Assembly: GCA_963843375.1 (NCBI GenBank)
Contig: CAWJKT010000009.1
Location: 192,001-256,000, forward strand
Reading direction: 5' to 3'
DNA length: 64,000 bases
DNA from: an uncultured Pseudomonadota bacterium
GTDB lineage: Bacteria > Oederibacteriota > Muellerivitia > Muellerivitales > Muellerivitaceae
The notes beneath the pieces are model-generated. The model had not been told where the DNA came from, did not search any database, and saw nothing but the letters and a program-made list of their open reading frames with translations. The position numbers were made by a program, and so were the translations under genes. How positions within the stretch are numbered: position 1 is the stretch's first letter; every line of letters starts with the position of its first letter. Below are positions 22,342-33,082 of this stretch, one piece after another.

Positions 22342-24473
22342 AACAGGTCCTCATTCGACAGGGAAAAATAGTGGTTGAGGAAGTGCCGGCCCCCCTGGTG
22401 GAGCCGGGCCGAATTTTGGTCCGGGTTTCCCATTCCTGCGTTTCGGCGGGTACCGAAATGAGCAACGTCAAGGACAGCGGCCTGCCTATTTGGAAAAAAG
22501 CCCTCCGCCAGCCCGAGAAAGTCAAACAGGTCCTTAGGATGGTCCAGGAAGAAGGCCTTTGGTCCACCCAATCCCGAGTTCGTAAAAAACTCCAAACCGG
22601 CAAACCCATGGGTTATTCCGCTTCGGGGATTGTTGTGGAGAAGGGAAAGGGAATTACCGGGTTTTCGATAGGCGATCGTGTGGCTTGCGCAGGCGCTGAA
22701 ATCGCGAATCACGCCGAAATGATCCTAGTTCCCCAAAACCTGACCGTCCCAATTCCCAAAAGCCTTGAATTCCCTTCCGCCGCCACTGTTACCCTTGGCT
22801 CCATCGCCCTGCAGGGGGTCCGCCGGGCCCATCCCACCATGGGCGAAACCTTTGTGGTGATCGGTTTGGGACTTCTGGGCCAATTGACCGTTCAGATGTT
22901 GAAGGCCAACGGTTGCCGCGTCATCGGTACCGATTTGGACCGGGACCGCCTGAATTTGGCTGGAAAAATGGGTGTGGATTTTGCGATCGCCACCGACGGC
23001 CAAAACGTGGTGGAACAAATCTCACGGCTTACAGACGGGACGGGCGCGGATGGAGTGCTTATCACCGCGGCGACGCCCTCCAGCGAAGTGGTTTCCACCG
23101 CTTTCCAAATGTGCCGGCGCAAGGGACGCGTGGTTTTAGTGGGGGACGTGGGGCTGGACTTGAAACGGGCGGACTTTTATTCCAAGGAACTGGATTTTTT
23201 TATTTCCACTTCCTATGGTCCGGGCCGTTACGACCCGCTTTATGAGGAAAAGGGGATGGATTATCCCATTTCTTATGTCCGCTGGACTGAAAACCGGAAT
23301 ATGCGGGAATACTTGCGGCTTCTTGTCGACCAAAAAGTAAAGGTGGAGCCCCTCATCCACTCGGTTTTCCAAGTGGAAAAGGCTGCCCAGGCTTACCACG
23401 TTTTAAGTTCGGGAAAGCCACGCCCCATGATCGTGCTTTTGTCTTATCCCCAAACCAAGGGGAAGGGGGTCACCCGGGCAGTCCCAAATCCCATGGCTCA
23501 TGCTTACTCCGAAAAGAAAATCCGCCTTGCGGTTGTGGGGGCGGGTGGTTTTGCCAAGGGCATGCACCTGCCCAATCTTCAGGCACTTTCCCACCATTAC
23601 CATTTGAGGGCGATCATCAGCCGCACCGGCGCCAACGCCAATGCCACGGCCCGGCAATTCGGAGCCGATTACGCCTCCACAGATTTCGCAGAAGTCCTGA
23701 AGGACAGGGATACCGATGCAGTCTTGATTGCTACCCGCCACCAGACGCACGCTTCCATGACACTGGAAGCTCTGAAAGCGGGCAAGCATGTTCTGGTGGA
23801 AAAACCCCTGGCTTTGAATGAAAAGGAATTGTCATCGATTGAAAAATTTTACGAAAAGCCCGGGGGAAAACCGGTGCTTCTCACCGGGTTCAACAGGCGC
23901 TTTTCAAAATACGCCCGGGTCCTCCACGAGGCCGTCCAAAAGCGGACCAATCCCATGATCCTCAATTACCGCATGAATGCCGGTCATATCCCCCTGGACC
24001 ATTGGGTGCATGGGGAAGAGGGCGGCGGGCGAAATATTGGGGAAGCCTGCCACATTTACGATTTATTCACTTATCTTACGGGCGCCAGGGTGGTGAAGGT
24101 GGAAGCCCTGGCTCTCAAGCCCGCAACCGCCTATTACAGTGGCTCGGACAACTTCGTGGCTACCCTTTCCTTCGAAGACGGGTCGTTGGCGACATTGACC
24201 TATACGGCCCTGGGCTCCAAGGACCATCCTAAGGAAATGCTGGAAGTTTATCTGGACGGCAAGGTAATCGCCCTGAACGATTACAAGGAACTCGCGGCAT
24301 CCGGAGTTTCGGTCCCAAGGCTTTTGGGGAAGACTTCCGATAAGGGTCAAAAAGAAGAGTTGGAGGCCTTCGCCCGCACGATTCAAAAAGGCGGGGAATG
24401 GCCCATCGCCCTTTGGGAACAGTTGCAGGCAAGTCGAATAGCCCTTCGGGTTGAAGAGCTATTAATGGTTTGA
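22338..24473 (+). CDS. Bi-domain oxidoreductase (MDR/Zn-ADH-like + Gfo/Idh/MocA)
   Basis: N-terminal GYSASG, GLGLLG and SYGPGRYD; C-terminal GAGGFA, VEKP and GFNRRF. Confidence 0.9.
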   Translation: MKQVLIRQGKIVVEEVPAPLVEPGRILVRVSHSCVSAGTEMSNVKDSGLPIWKKALRQPEKVKQVLRMVQEEGLWSTQSRVRKKLQTGKPMGYSASGIVVEKGKGITGFSIGDRVACAGAEIANHAEMILVPQNLTVPIPKSLEFPSAATVTLGSIALQGVRRAHPTMGETFVVIGLGLLGQLTVQMLKANGCRVIGTDLDRDRLNLAGKMGVDFAIATDGQNVVEQISRLTDGTGADGVLITAATPSSEVVSTAFQMCRRKGRVVLVGDVGLDLKRADFYSKELDFFISTSYGPGRYDPLYEEKGMDYPISYVRWTENRNMREYLRLLVDQKVKVEPLIHSVFQVEKAAQAYHVLSSGKPRPMIVLLSYPQTKGKGVTRAVPNPMAHAYSEKKIRLAVVGAGGFAKGMHLPNLQALSHHYHLRAIISRTGANANATARQFGADYASTDFAEVLKDRDTDAVLIATRHQTHASMTLEALKAGKHVLVEKPLALNEKELSSIEKFYEKPGGKPVLLTGFNRRFSKYARVLHEAVQKRTNPMILNYRMNAGHIPLDHWVHGEEGGGRNIGEACHIYDLFTYLTGARVVKVEALALKPATAYYSGSDNFVATLSFEDGSLATLTYTALGSKDHPKEMLEVYLDGKVIALNDYKELAASGVSVPRLLGKTSDKGQKEELEAFARTIQKGGEWPIALWEQLQASRIALRVEELLMV

Positions 24474-24590
24474 TTCCAAGGGAAACAGGGCTTTTCTGAT
24501 ACATTCCGGCTTATTTTTTGAAAATTAAAAAATTTTTTGGGCCTTTTGTTTAAGATGGGTCCGATATCGAATCTAACCCTTTCGAAAAAA

Positions 24591-25364
24591 ATGAAAAACT
24601 TAAAACAAATCATCCATCAAAGCAAAAAAAGACTCCTCCAAATGCATTATGAGAACGGAGTGGGCCATATCGGGGGAAACCTTTCCTGTCTGGATATTCT
24701 GATGGTCCTCCACCACCAAGTCATGAAACCCGAAGATACCTTCGTTCTTTCCAAGGGCCACGCCGCGGGAGCTCTCTATATCACCCTTTGGTCCCTGAAA
24801 AAGATCACCGAGGAGGAACTCAAGCTTTTCCACAGGGAGCCCACCAAGTTGAGCGGCCACCCGGCCCCCCGTTGGAAAAAGGAGATCCCCTTTGCCACGG
24901 GAAGCCTGGGTCACGGTTTTTCCCTGGCCGCGGGATTGGCCCTAGCCAATCGTATTCAGGGCAAGACGGGCCAGGTTTATTGCCTGACCTCCGACGGCGA
25001 ATGGCAGGAGGGTTCCAATTGGGAAGCCCTTATATTCACCGTACACCAAAAATTATCGAACCTCACCCTCATCGTCGACTCCAACGGCCTTCAGGGTTTT
25101 GGAACAACGAAAGAGGTGGCCAGCCAGGATAATCTCATCGACCGTTTCAAATCCTTCGGTTTGCCGGTGGCCGAGGTCGACGGCCATGACGCGGAAGCGC
25201 TGGGAAAAATCCTCAATTCTTCCAAGCCGGGGCCTTGGGTGGTCATTGCCCATACCACCAAGGGCAAAAGCATTTCTTTCATGGAAAACAAGATGGAGTG
25301 GCATTACCTACCCCTGAAGGAAGACCAATATCGAAAAGCCCTGGAAGAACTGGGGGAAGCTTGA
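24591..25364 (+). CDS. Transketolase-like protein, N-terminal TPP-binding subunit
   Basis: GHIGG, SKGHAA, TGSLGHG and SDGEWQEG motifs. Confidence 0.9.
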   Translation: MKNLKQIIHQSKKRLLQMHYENGVGHIGGNLSCLDILMVLHHQVMKPEDTFVLSKGHAAGALYITLWSLKKITEEELKLFHREPTKLSGHPAPRWKKEIPFATGSLGHGFSLAAGLALANRIQGKTGQVYCLTSDGEWQEGSNWEALIFTVHQKLSNLTLIVDSNGLQGFGTTKEVASQDNLIDRFKSFGLPVAEVDGHDAEALGKILNSSKPGPWVVIAHTTKGKSISFMENKMEWHYLPLKEDQYRKALEELGEA

Positions 25365-26269
25365 GAAACGAATTCCGCGACGCCCTGATGAAGCGGGCCA
25401 CCCATCCGGACTTCATCTTTCTTACCGGGGACCTGGGTTTCATGGCGCTGGAGCCTCTTCAAAAGGTCGCGGGAAAGAGATTTATCAATGCCGGTTTGGC
25501 AGAGCAAAACATGGTGTCGGTGGCGGCGGGTCTGGCCAGCCAGGGTTTGCGGCCTTGGGCCTATAGCATAGCCCCTTTTATTTACGCCCGTCCCCTGGAA
25601 CAAATCCGAAACGATGTGTGTCTGCATGACTTCCCGGTGACTTTGGTGGGTAACGGAGGAGGTTACGGTTACGGCGTCATGGGAGGGTCCCATCACGCCA
25701 TCGAGGACTATGGCATACTGCTTTCACTCCAAAATATGAGGGTTTGGGTACCCGCCTTTGGGGCGGACGTGGAATCCGCCGTCGCGCGAATTCTTGAACA
25801 AGCCCATCCCGCCTACCTACGTTTGGGAAGGGATGAAAAACCCATTGAGTTCGATCCTGGAGCCTATGCTCCCTGGCGAAAGGTTCTTTCGGGCGGTGGT
25901 TCTGCTATGGTCGTGGTGGGTCCAATTGCGGGAGTTTTGATGAAAGATTTTGCAGGTCTGGAAAACTCCAAACGCCCGAATCTTTGGGTGCTGACCGAAC
26001 TGCCCTTAGAGGAGAAGACGGTTCCCGGTCAGTTCCTGAAAGATATTGAAACGAGCGGCCATTTGGCGGTGGTGGAGGAGCATGTGGCCCATGGGAGCGC
26101 GGGGGAAATGATCGCCCGTTTTCTCCTTCTTTCGGGCAGGCCACCCAAGAAATTCAGCCATTTCTGCGCCCAAGGTTATCTCTCGGGTTATTATGGGTCC
26201 CAAAGTTTTCACCACAAGGAATGTGGCATTACCTCGGAAAATATTTTGAAAGTGATCAGCGCCGAATGA
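25361..26269 (+). CDS. Transketolase-like protein, C-terminal subunit
   Basis: GDLG, NAGLAEQNM, EQIRND, HHAIED, YLRLG and VEEH motifs. Confidence 0.9.
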   Translation: MRNEFRDALMKRATHPDFIFLTGDLGFMALEPLQKVAGKRFINAGLAEQNMVSVAAGLASQGLRPWAYSIAPFIYARPLEQIRNDVCLHDFPVTLVGNGGGYGYGVMGGSHHAIEDYGILLSLQNMRVWVPAFGADVESAVARILEQAHPAYLRLGRDEKPIEFDPGAYAPWRKVLSGGGSAMVVVGPIAGVLMKDFAGLENSKRPNLWVLTELPLEEKTVPGQFLKDIETSGHLAVVEEHVAHGSAGEMIARFLLLSGRPPKKFSHFCAQGYLSGYYGSQSFHHKECGITSENILKVISAE

Positions 26270-28227
26270 AATTTCAAGATGAAGTTAAGCTTCTCCAGGG
26301 TCCAATCCTAATCCTCGGGGCCAGCGGTTTCATTGGGGCCGCGCTTTTGCGGACCTTATTGAAATACCGCGAGGACGTTTATGGGACTATGTTCCATACT
26401 CCCGCCTGGCGTTTGGAAGATTTGCCCGTGAAAAACATTATCCAAGCGGACCTGCTGGTGGACGCGAATCTCGACTACCTCCTCGTCCAAACCGATCCAA
26501 AGACCGTTTTCAATTGCGTGGCCTATGGGGCCTATTCCTTTGAGACCCAAAGCGACCTCATCTACCAGACCAATTTCAACCTCACGGTGAAAATCCTGGA
26601 GCGTTTGTCAAAAAGGGGGATTGCGGCCTATGTTCATGCCGGAAGCTCTTCTGAGTATGGGGACAAGGCTTCCGGACCAGGGGAAAGCCTTCTTCCCGAA
26701 CCCAACAGCGATTACGCGGTTTCAAAGGTGTCCAGCGCCAATTTCATCCACTATTACGGAAAAAAGAAACAACTTCCCTGCGCCAATTTGAGGCTTTATT
26801 CGGTTTATGGGCCCTATGAGGACTCTTCTCGTCTCATCCCCGCGTTGGTGAGGGCGGGGGTTGAAGGGAAATATCCGGAATTTGTTCATCCGGACATATC
26901 CCGGGATTTCATTTATATCGACGACGTCTGCGAAGCATTTGTGGAAACGGCCATTAACCTGCGACCGGCTCAATATGGGGATTCCTTCAATGTTGGAAGC
27001 GGTGTCAAGACCACCATCGCCGAGGTGGCCAGAGTTTCAGGTGAATTGTTTCAGATCAAAGGAAAACCGGATTTCCAATCCATGGAAAACAGGTCTTGGG
27101 ACCTAAAAGACTGGTTCGCCAATACTGGAAAAACCAAGGAGCTTTTAGGCTGGGAAGCCAGAACCTCTTTCAGCGAGGGACTCAAAGCCACCGCCCAATG
27201 GTATGGCGGCTTGGAAAGTAAGGAGAAGTATTATCAATCCTCCAAAAAATTTCAACTCGATACGAAACACAGTGTCTCCGCCATTATTGCTTGCTATAAG
27301 GACGCTCAGGCCATTCCCATCATGTATGAAAGGCTCAAGGCCACCTTTCAAAAGTTGAAGATCGACTATGAGATCATTTTCGTCAACGACAACAGCCCCG
27401 ACAACAGTGAGGAAATTATCACTGAACTCTCCAGTAAAGACCGACGCATCCTGGGGGTTTCCCACTCGAGGAATTTCGGTTCCCAATCGGCTTTCCGAAG
27501 CGGCATGGAGGTTTCCACCAAGAATTCCTGCGTGCTTCTGGACGGTGACCTTCAGGATCCGCCGGAACTCATCGAGCAATTCGTCGAAAAGTGGGCCGAG
27601 GGGTACGACGTGGTCTTTGGTCGCCGGGTGAAAAGGGAAGCACCCTTTTACATGCAAATGGCCTACAAGCTCTTTTATCGGATTTTCGATTATTTTTCCT
27701 ATTTGAACATTCCCCACGATGCGGGGGATTTTTCACTCCTTGACCGGCGGGTGGTGCGGGCTATCTTGGAATTTCCCGAAAGGGATTTCTTTTTAAGGGG
27801 TATCCGGGCTTATGTGGGGTTCAAGCAAATCGGGGTGGATTATCTCAGGCCGGAGCGGATGTTCGGCCGGTCCACCAACAATTTTGGAAAAAACCTGATT
27901 TGGGCGAAGAAGGGAATCCTCTCTTTCAGCAATACCCCGCTCACGATGCTGAGTTTCATGGGAACGGTGCTGTTTTTGATCAGCTTGTTGTTGGGCGCGG
28001 TTCAGTTCGTTTTAAGAATCCTGTTTCCTGACCTGGCTCCTAAAGGAATGGCCTCGGTCCTACTTTTGATTCTGTTCTTCGGTTCCATTAATTTGTTCGC
28101 CTTGGCCCTCATCGGCGAGTACATCGCTAAAATCTTCGAGGAAGTCAAGCAAAGGCCCCATTTCGTGCGGCGCGGCATCATAAAAGACGGGGAAGTCAGA
28201 CTCGCCTCGGAAACCCAAAAGAATTGA
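26266..28227 (+). CDS. Fusion of NAD-dependent epimerase/dehydratase and GT2 (GtrB/ArnC-like) glycosyltransferase
   Basis: GASGFIG and YAVSK in the N half; VNDNSPD, SRNFG, DGDLQDPPE, GDFSLLDR and two C-terminal TMs in the C half. Confidence 0.88.
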   Translation: MKFQDEVKLLQGPILILGASGFIGAALLRTLLKYREDVYGTMFHTPAWRLEDLPVKNIIQADLLVDANLDYLLVQTDPKTVFNCVAYGAYSFETQSDLIYQTNFNLTVKILERLSKRGIAAYVHAGSSSEYGDKASGPGESLLPEPNSDYAVSKVSSANFIHYYGKKKQLPCANLRLYSVYGPYEDSSRLIPALVRAGVEGKYPEFVHPDISRDFIYIDDVCEAFVETAINLRPAQYGDSFNVGSGVKTTIAEVARVSGELFQIKGKPDFQSMENRSWDLKDWFANTGKTKELLGWEARTSFSEGLKATAQWYGGLESKEKYYQSSKKFQLDTKHSVSAIIACYKDAQAIPIMYERLKATFQKLKIDYEIIFVNDNSPDNSEEIITELSSKDRRILGVSHSRNFGSQSAFRSGMEVSTKNSCVLLDGDLQDPPELIEQFVEKWAEGYDVVFGRRVKREAPFYMQMAYKLFYRIFDYFSYLNIPHDAGDFSLLDRRVVRAILEFPERDFFLRGIRAYVGFKQIGVDYLRPERMFGRSTNNFGKNLIWAKKGILSFSNTPLTMLSFMGTVLFLISLLLGAVQFVLRILFPDLAPKGMASVLLLILFFGSINLFALALIGEYIAKIFEEVKQRPHFVRRGIIKDGEVRLASETQKN

Positions 28228-28255
28228 ACTCAAAATAAAACAACAGGGGCTTCAG

Positions 28256-29080
28256 GTGGAAACGAAAACAAATCCTGCCGTCCAAAGGCGTAACCTACTG
28301 CAGGGCGGGAAGGAGCATTGGAAGCCCCCGGTTTATTCAAATCGTCCAGGCTTCGTTCAAAAAGTCAAAATCATCCTTTTTCGTTTTTTAGACCTACAGG
28401 CGGGAAGCATCTGGAGGGACTTGCGGGCCGAGCTTCCCCAAGTCAAGGGAACAGTTGTGGATGCCGGATGCGGCGTGCAGCCTTTTCGCGGTCTTTTTTC
28501 GGCAGGGACTCATTACATCGGCCTGGACTCGGTGGATTCCAAGAAACACTTCGGGTATGAAGCGCCGGATACCCTTTATTATTCGGGGGTGGTTTGGCCG
28601 CTTGCCGATGGCACGGCGGATTTCATACTTTGCACCGAAGCACTGGAACACATCCCCGAACCCGTCTTGTTCCTAGGGGAGGCTTTCCGTTGCTTGAAAC
28701 CCGGCGGACGCCTGTTATTGACCGTCCCTTTTGCGGCCCGCTGGCATTTCATTCCCCACGACTATTGGCGTTTTACGCCCTCAGGGTTGGAAATCCTTTT
28801 AGGGAAAGCAGGATTTTCCCCCGTGAGGATATTTGCTCGCGGCAATCAATTGACGGTAGCCTTTTACAAAGTCATGGCAATCATCTTTGCCCTTTTGTTT
28901 CCGGTCAGCCCCTTTTTCCCGATCCGTCTTTTATCCTTTCTCGCGGGTCTGCTAAGCCTTCCTCTTTTATTCGTGACGGCTGTCCTGGCCAATTTCACCC
29001 TTGGCTTCGACGGATGGGCGGATTGCCTCGGCTACACCGTTTGGGGCGAAAAACCCCGAAAGGACGATCCGGCAAAGTGA
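28256..29080 (+). CDS. Class I SAM-dependent methyltransferase
   Basis: VDAGCG, EALEH, LKPGG and PHDYWRFT motifs. Confidence 0.85.
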   Translation: METKTNPAVQRRNLLQGGKEHWKPPVYSNRPGFVQKVKIILFRFLDLQAGSIWRDLRAELPQVKGTVVDAGCGVQPFRGLFSAGTHYIGLDSVDSKKHFGYEAPDTLYYSGVVWPLADGTADFILCTEALEHIPEPVLFLGEAFRCLKPGGRLLLTVPFAARWHFIPHDYWRFTPSGLEILLGKAGFSPVRIFARGNQLTVAFYKVMAIIFALLFPVSPFFPIRLLSFLAGLLSLPLLFVTAVLANFTLGFDGWADCLGYTVWGEKPRKDDPAK

Positions 29081-29988
29081 AAACCAAAAAAGGATTTATC
29101 CGGCGTCCCTGCCCCGTTTGTTCCTCCCGGGACGAATCGAGGGTTTTCGCCGTGGAAAATTACGATCCCAGCCGACTGGACGAATTCGCCTTCGCCTCGC
29201 GCAAGATTCCCGAATACATGCATTACCGGCTGGTGGTGTGCCCCGACTGCGACCTGCTTTACGCCAATCCATTGCCCACGCTGAAGGCCCTTTCGGAAGC
29301 CTATCACGAGGCGGCTTTCGACAGCGTTGAGGAAGCGGGTTATGCGGCCCGGACCTACGGGTCTTTCCTGAAAGGAATCCTTTCAAACATCCCCGACAGG
29401 GTTGGAGCTCTCGACATCGGAACGGGCGATGGAGCCTTCCTGGAGGAGTTTTTAAAGCAGGGATTCTCCAAGGTGTCGGGGGTGGAACCTTCCAAGGCGC
29501 CTATTCAAGTCGCGAAAAAAGAAATTCGTCCCCTGATCATCCAGGGTTTATTTAAACCAAAAAAATTCAAGAAAAACAGTATGAGCCTCGTGACCTGTTT
29601 CCAAACCTTGGAACACCTTTATGCGCCCAAGGAAATTTGCCGGGATGTCATCCAAATCCTGAAACCCGGCGGAGCTTTCTTCGTGGTTTCCCACAACCGC
29701 CGGTCCCTTTCCGCCATGGTGCTGGGGCTCAAATCCCCGATCTTTGACGTGGAGCATCTTCAGCTTTTCTCGAATTCCAGCATTCAACGGATGTTCAGGG
29801 AAACGGGGTTTAAGCGGGTGAAGGTGAAAAGCATCCTCAACCTATACCCAGTCCACTATTGGCTGAAACTTTTGCCTTTTCCTAAAGCCCTCAAAAAGTT
29901 TATGATCCCCCTTCTTAAAAAAACTGGGTTAGGCTACATCCCTATCCCCTTGCCGGCAGGGAACATGGCGGTTATTGGATACAAATGA
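29077..29988 (+). CDS. SAM-dependent methyltransferase with N-terminal Zn-binding motif
   Basis: CPVC...CPDC, LDIGTGDG, GVEPS, LEH and LKPGG motifs. Confidence 0.85.
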   Translation: MKTKKGFIRRPCPVCSSRDESRVFAVENYDPSRLDEFAFASRKIPEYMHYRLVVCPDCDLLYANPLPTLKALSEAYHEAAFDSVEEAGYAARTYGSFLKGILSNIPDRVGALDIGTGDGAFLEEFLKQGFSKVSGVEPSKAPIQVAKKEIRPLIIQGLFKPKKFKKNSMSLVTCFQTLEHLYAPKEICRDVIQILKPGGAFFVVSHNRRSLSAMVLGLKSPIFDVEHLQLFSNSSIQRMFRETGFKRVKVKSILNLYPVHYWLKLLPFPKALKKFMIPLLKKTGLGYIPIPLPAGNMAVIGYK

Positions 29989-30820
29989 AACGTTTAAAAG
30001 GAAAAAAATGAGCCTGTCGGGAAGAAAAAAAGTCCGTCATTTTTTGCACGAACGCCGCCATCGCCGGATTCAAAAGATAAAACCCGTCGAGTCTGTGGCG
30101 GGCCTTGAAGGGGAAAAAGAGGCGGTTGAATTCGCCCCGATCAACTTCGACAAATATAAAGACCAATACCAAAAGGAAGTCCAGGATTCGATTTCTTTCA
30201 TCGGCCAAAAGCTGGATTTCTTCATTGAGAAGAAAGCCCAGCTTCTGCGCTCTCTCGCCCAAAAGCATGTTGGGGACCCGGCGAAACTGAAGGCCCTGGA
30301 TGTGGGATGCGGCATCGGGATCACGGATCAGTATTTAACCGCCCATTTCCATAAGGTTTATGGAGTGGACCTCGCCAAAGGGCTGGTCCAGAAGGCGGCT
30401 CAACTCAATCCCCGGGCCCTTTACAAAGCCTATAATGGACGAGTTTTGCCCTATCCGGACCATTCCATGGATTTGACTTTCGCCATCTGCGTCCTCCACC
30501 ATGTTCCGCCGGAAAATTGGAACGGCTTTGCACGGGAATTGGTAAGGGTCACCCGCAAGGGCGGGCTGGTGGTCATCATGGAACATAATCCATTGAATCC
30601 CCTGACGAACCGGGCGGTCAACCATTGTGAACTGGACAATGACGCGATCCTCCTTCGAATGGCCAAGACTAGCCGGCTTATTTCTCGAAGGAACATCCCG
30701 ATCGTTGAAAAACGATTCATCCTCTTCACCCCTTTTGAGGGGAGGTTCTTCGGATGGGTGGACAAGTCGCTGGGGTGGCTTCCCTTAGGGGCCCAATATT
30801 ATGTGGCGGGCAAAGTATGA
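29975..30820 (+). CDS. Class I SAM-dependent methyltransferase
   Basis: LDVGCGIG, VLHHVP and EHNPLNP motifs. Confidence 0.85.
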   Translation: MDTNETFKRKKMSLSGRKKVRHFLHERRHRRIQKIKPVESVAGLEGEKEAVEFAPINFDKYKDQYQKEVQDSISFIGQKLDFFIEKKAQLLRSLAQKHVGDPAKLKALDVGCGIGITDQYLTAHFHKVYGVDLAKGLVQKAAQLNPRALYKAYNGRVLPYPDHSMDLTFAICVLHHVPPENWNGFARELVRVTRKGGLVVIMEHNPLNPLTNRAVNHCELDNDAILLRMAKTSRLISRRNIPIVEKRFILFTPFEGRFFGWVDKSLGWLPLGAQYYVAGKV

Positions 30821-31968
30821 TCATCATGAGCGGGCGATTGAACACGCTCGTCCAAACCCTCGATGGACTGAATTCGACGGGGATTCCCCTGATCGCCAAG
30901 TCCGGGGATCGTCTTTTCGCGGCGGGTTTCACGGATGATCTTGGAATTTATTATTTTGTGCCCGAAATAGCCAAGGGGTTCGGAATCCCCCTCCAAACCG
31001 CCCTGAACCTGTTTCTTTTGGCTTTTATTCTTTTGGGATGGTTTTTGGGATGTTGCGGTTTTCTGAGGATTTTCAAAAATCCCACCGCCCGTCTTTTATC
31101 GGTGGCGGGCCTGTTTCTTCTGGCCTACCTGGCTTTCGCCAAGATATCCGACGTTTATGTGGTCATGATGTTCGCGGTGTCGGCTTTTGTCCCCAACTTC
31201 CTGGCGTTTTCTCGGACGGGTGAAGCGAATTGGAAAATATTGGGGCCTTGGTTTGCTTTGGGCGGATTGTTATTGGGTTATTGTAATTTCATCCGCAGCC
31301 AATCGGGCACGGGGTTGGTCCTGTTCCTTTTCGTTTGGCTTATCCTGAACGGCTTTATTTCCTGGAAGAACAAAGCCGTTTATTTTTTCGCCCTGTTGGT
31401 TTGTTTCCGAATTTCGGGCCTGCAATTCGAGACGCTGGAAAAAACCAGGGACGCCTATCTTGAAAAGGCCGTCCCCCAATACCAACCCCTGAACATCAGT
31501 CATCCCTTTTGGCACAGCGTCTACATCGGCCTGGGTTATCTTCCGAATCAATACGGGATCGAATACCGGGATGGGGTGGCAGCCGCCAAGGTGGCCTCGA
31601 TTGACCCGAAAGTGGCCTATTGCTCCCCCGAGTACGAAAAAATCCTAAAGGCTTCGACTCTGGAAATCGTCAAAACGAACCCCGTTTTTGTTTTGAAAAC
31701 GATCCTGATGAAAGCCCTCAAGCTATTCGGGTATTTTTTAATCTTCGCCAATTTCGGGATTCTTTTCCTTTTTTATGTCAGGCCTTCCTGGCGGGAAATC
31801 CTGCCCATGGCCGCTGGGGGCTTCTTCTATTCCTTGCCCGGCCTATTGGTTGTTCCCATGAAACCCTATGTTTTGGGCATGATCAGCATGTCGGTGGTTT
31901 TTGGCTGTTACTTGATTAGTTCGGGTCTAGAGAAAATCCTCCAGGGCCGGGAAACGCAAAAGGCATGA
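30817..31968 (+). CDS. Polytopic membrane protein (possible GT-C-type sugar transferase)
   Basis: Multiple TMs, early DD loop (FTDDLG) and HPFWHSVYIGLG extracytoplasmic loop. Confidence 0.55.
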   Translation: MIIMSGRLNTLVQTLDGLNSTGIPLIAKSGDRLFAAGFTDDLGIYYFVPEIAKGFGIPLQTALNLFLLAFILLGWFLGCCGFLRIFKNPTARLLSVAGLFLLAYLAFAKISDVYVVMMFAVSAFVPNFLAFSRTGEANWKILGPWFALGGLLLGYCNFIRSQSGTGLVLFLFVWLILNGFISWKNKAVYFFALLVCFRISGLQFETLEKTRDAYLEKAVPQYQPLNISHPFWHSVYIGLGYLPNQYGIEYRDGVAAAKVASIDPKVAYCSPEYEKILKASTLEIVKTNPVFVLKTILMKALKLFGYFLIFANFGILFLFYVRPSWREILPMAAGGFFYSLPGLLVVPMKPYVLGMISMSVVFGCYLISSGLEKILQGRETQKA

Positions 31969-32726
31969 AACTCAACGATCGGGTAAGGTCTTATTGGGAA
32001 AAGGAGCCCTGCGGGACGGCGGAAGAGATTATCGGCACCGCGAAACCGCTCAGCCGCAGGTGGTTTGAAAAGGTGGAGGAATACCGTTACCAGGTTGAGC
32101 CCTTTATTCCCGATCTGGTGGGTTTTAATCAATACAAGGGGAAAAAGGTGCTGGAAATTGGGGTGGGGACGGGGACCGACCATCTGCAATGGGCCAAGGC
32201 TGGCGCCCAATGTTATGGGGTGGATTTGACGGAAGCGGCTATTCGGACCACGAGAAAACACCTGGCTTATTACGGATTAAAGTCCAATTTAAGGCGGATT
32301 GACGCCCAGAAACTGCCTTTCAAGGATAAAACTTTTGACGTGGTTTATTCCTGGGGCGTCATCCACCACGCGGAAAAGCCGGAATCCATCATCCGTGAAA
32401 TCCAAAGGGTCTTGAAACCTGGCGGCGTTTTTATCGGGATGTTTTACGGGCGCTATTCGGTTTTGACTTTCAAGCGCTGGGTGAAATACGCCCTTTTGAA
32501 GGGAAAACCTTGGCGGACATTTTCAGACGTGATTTGGCACCACATGGAAAGCGTGGGGACTAAGGCCTATACGGTTGGGGAACTTCGGGGACTTTTTTCA
32601 GGCTTTGGAAATTTCGAGGGAAAACAAATTTTGACCTGGCATGACGTTAAAAAGTTGCCGGGGTTTGCTCGAATTTTTCTACCGGACAAATGGGGTTGGT
32701 TCATCGTGGTGAGGGCGGTCAAATAA
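31965..32726 (+). CDS. Class I SAM-dependent methyltransferase
   Basis: VLEIGVGTG, FDVVYSWGVIHH and LKPGG motifs. Confidence 0.88.
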   Translation: MKLNDRVRSYWEKEPCGTAEEIIGTAKPLSRRWFEKVEEYRYQVEPFIPDLVGFNQYKGKKVLEIGVGTGTDHLQWAKAGAQCYGVDLTEAAIRTTRKHLAYYGLKSNLRRIDAQKLPFKDKTFDVVYSWGVIHHAEKPESIIREIQRVLKPGGVFIGMFYGRYSVLTFKRWVKYALLKGKPWRTFSDVIWHHMESVGTKAYTVGELRGLFSGFGNFEGKQILTWHDVKKLPGFARIFLPDKWGWFIVVRAVK

Positions 32727-33082
32727 AATTGGTTTAGATTTCCATGTGGGCGGGAAAAAATTCTTTATTTGTGAAAGGGATAATTTAGCCCCCAAAGCTG
32801 ACCATGCAGGAATTATCGGCTTTTTTGGCTTCTGGATCATCGAAACTCATTTCGACAAAATAACAAAATAGCCGTCTTCGCTTTTCCCCTGGAAATCCCA
32901 CATGGATGATCAAAGCTTGAATTCTTTACCGCGAAAAACGTAATATTTCGGCGGTGATGGGTGTAAAATGGATTTGTAATCTTTCAACCGCCTATGGCTT
33001 GCCTGCCCGGGTTCTTTCGTCCAAACAAAACAATCAAACATCTTTTTCTTATCATTGATCTCAGACTCAGGAGGAAATCAAC

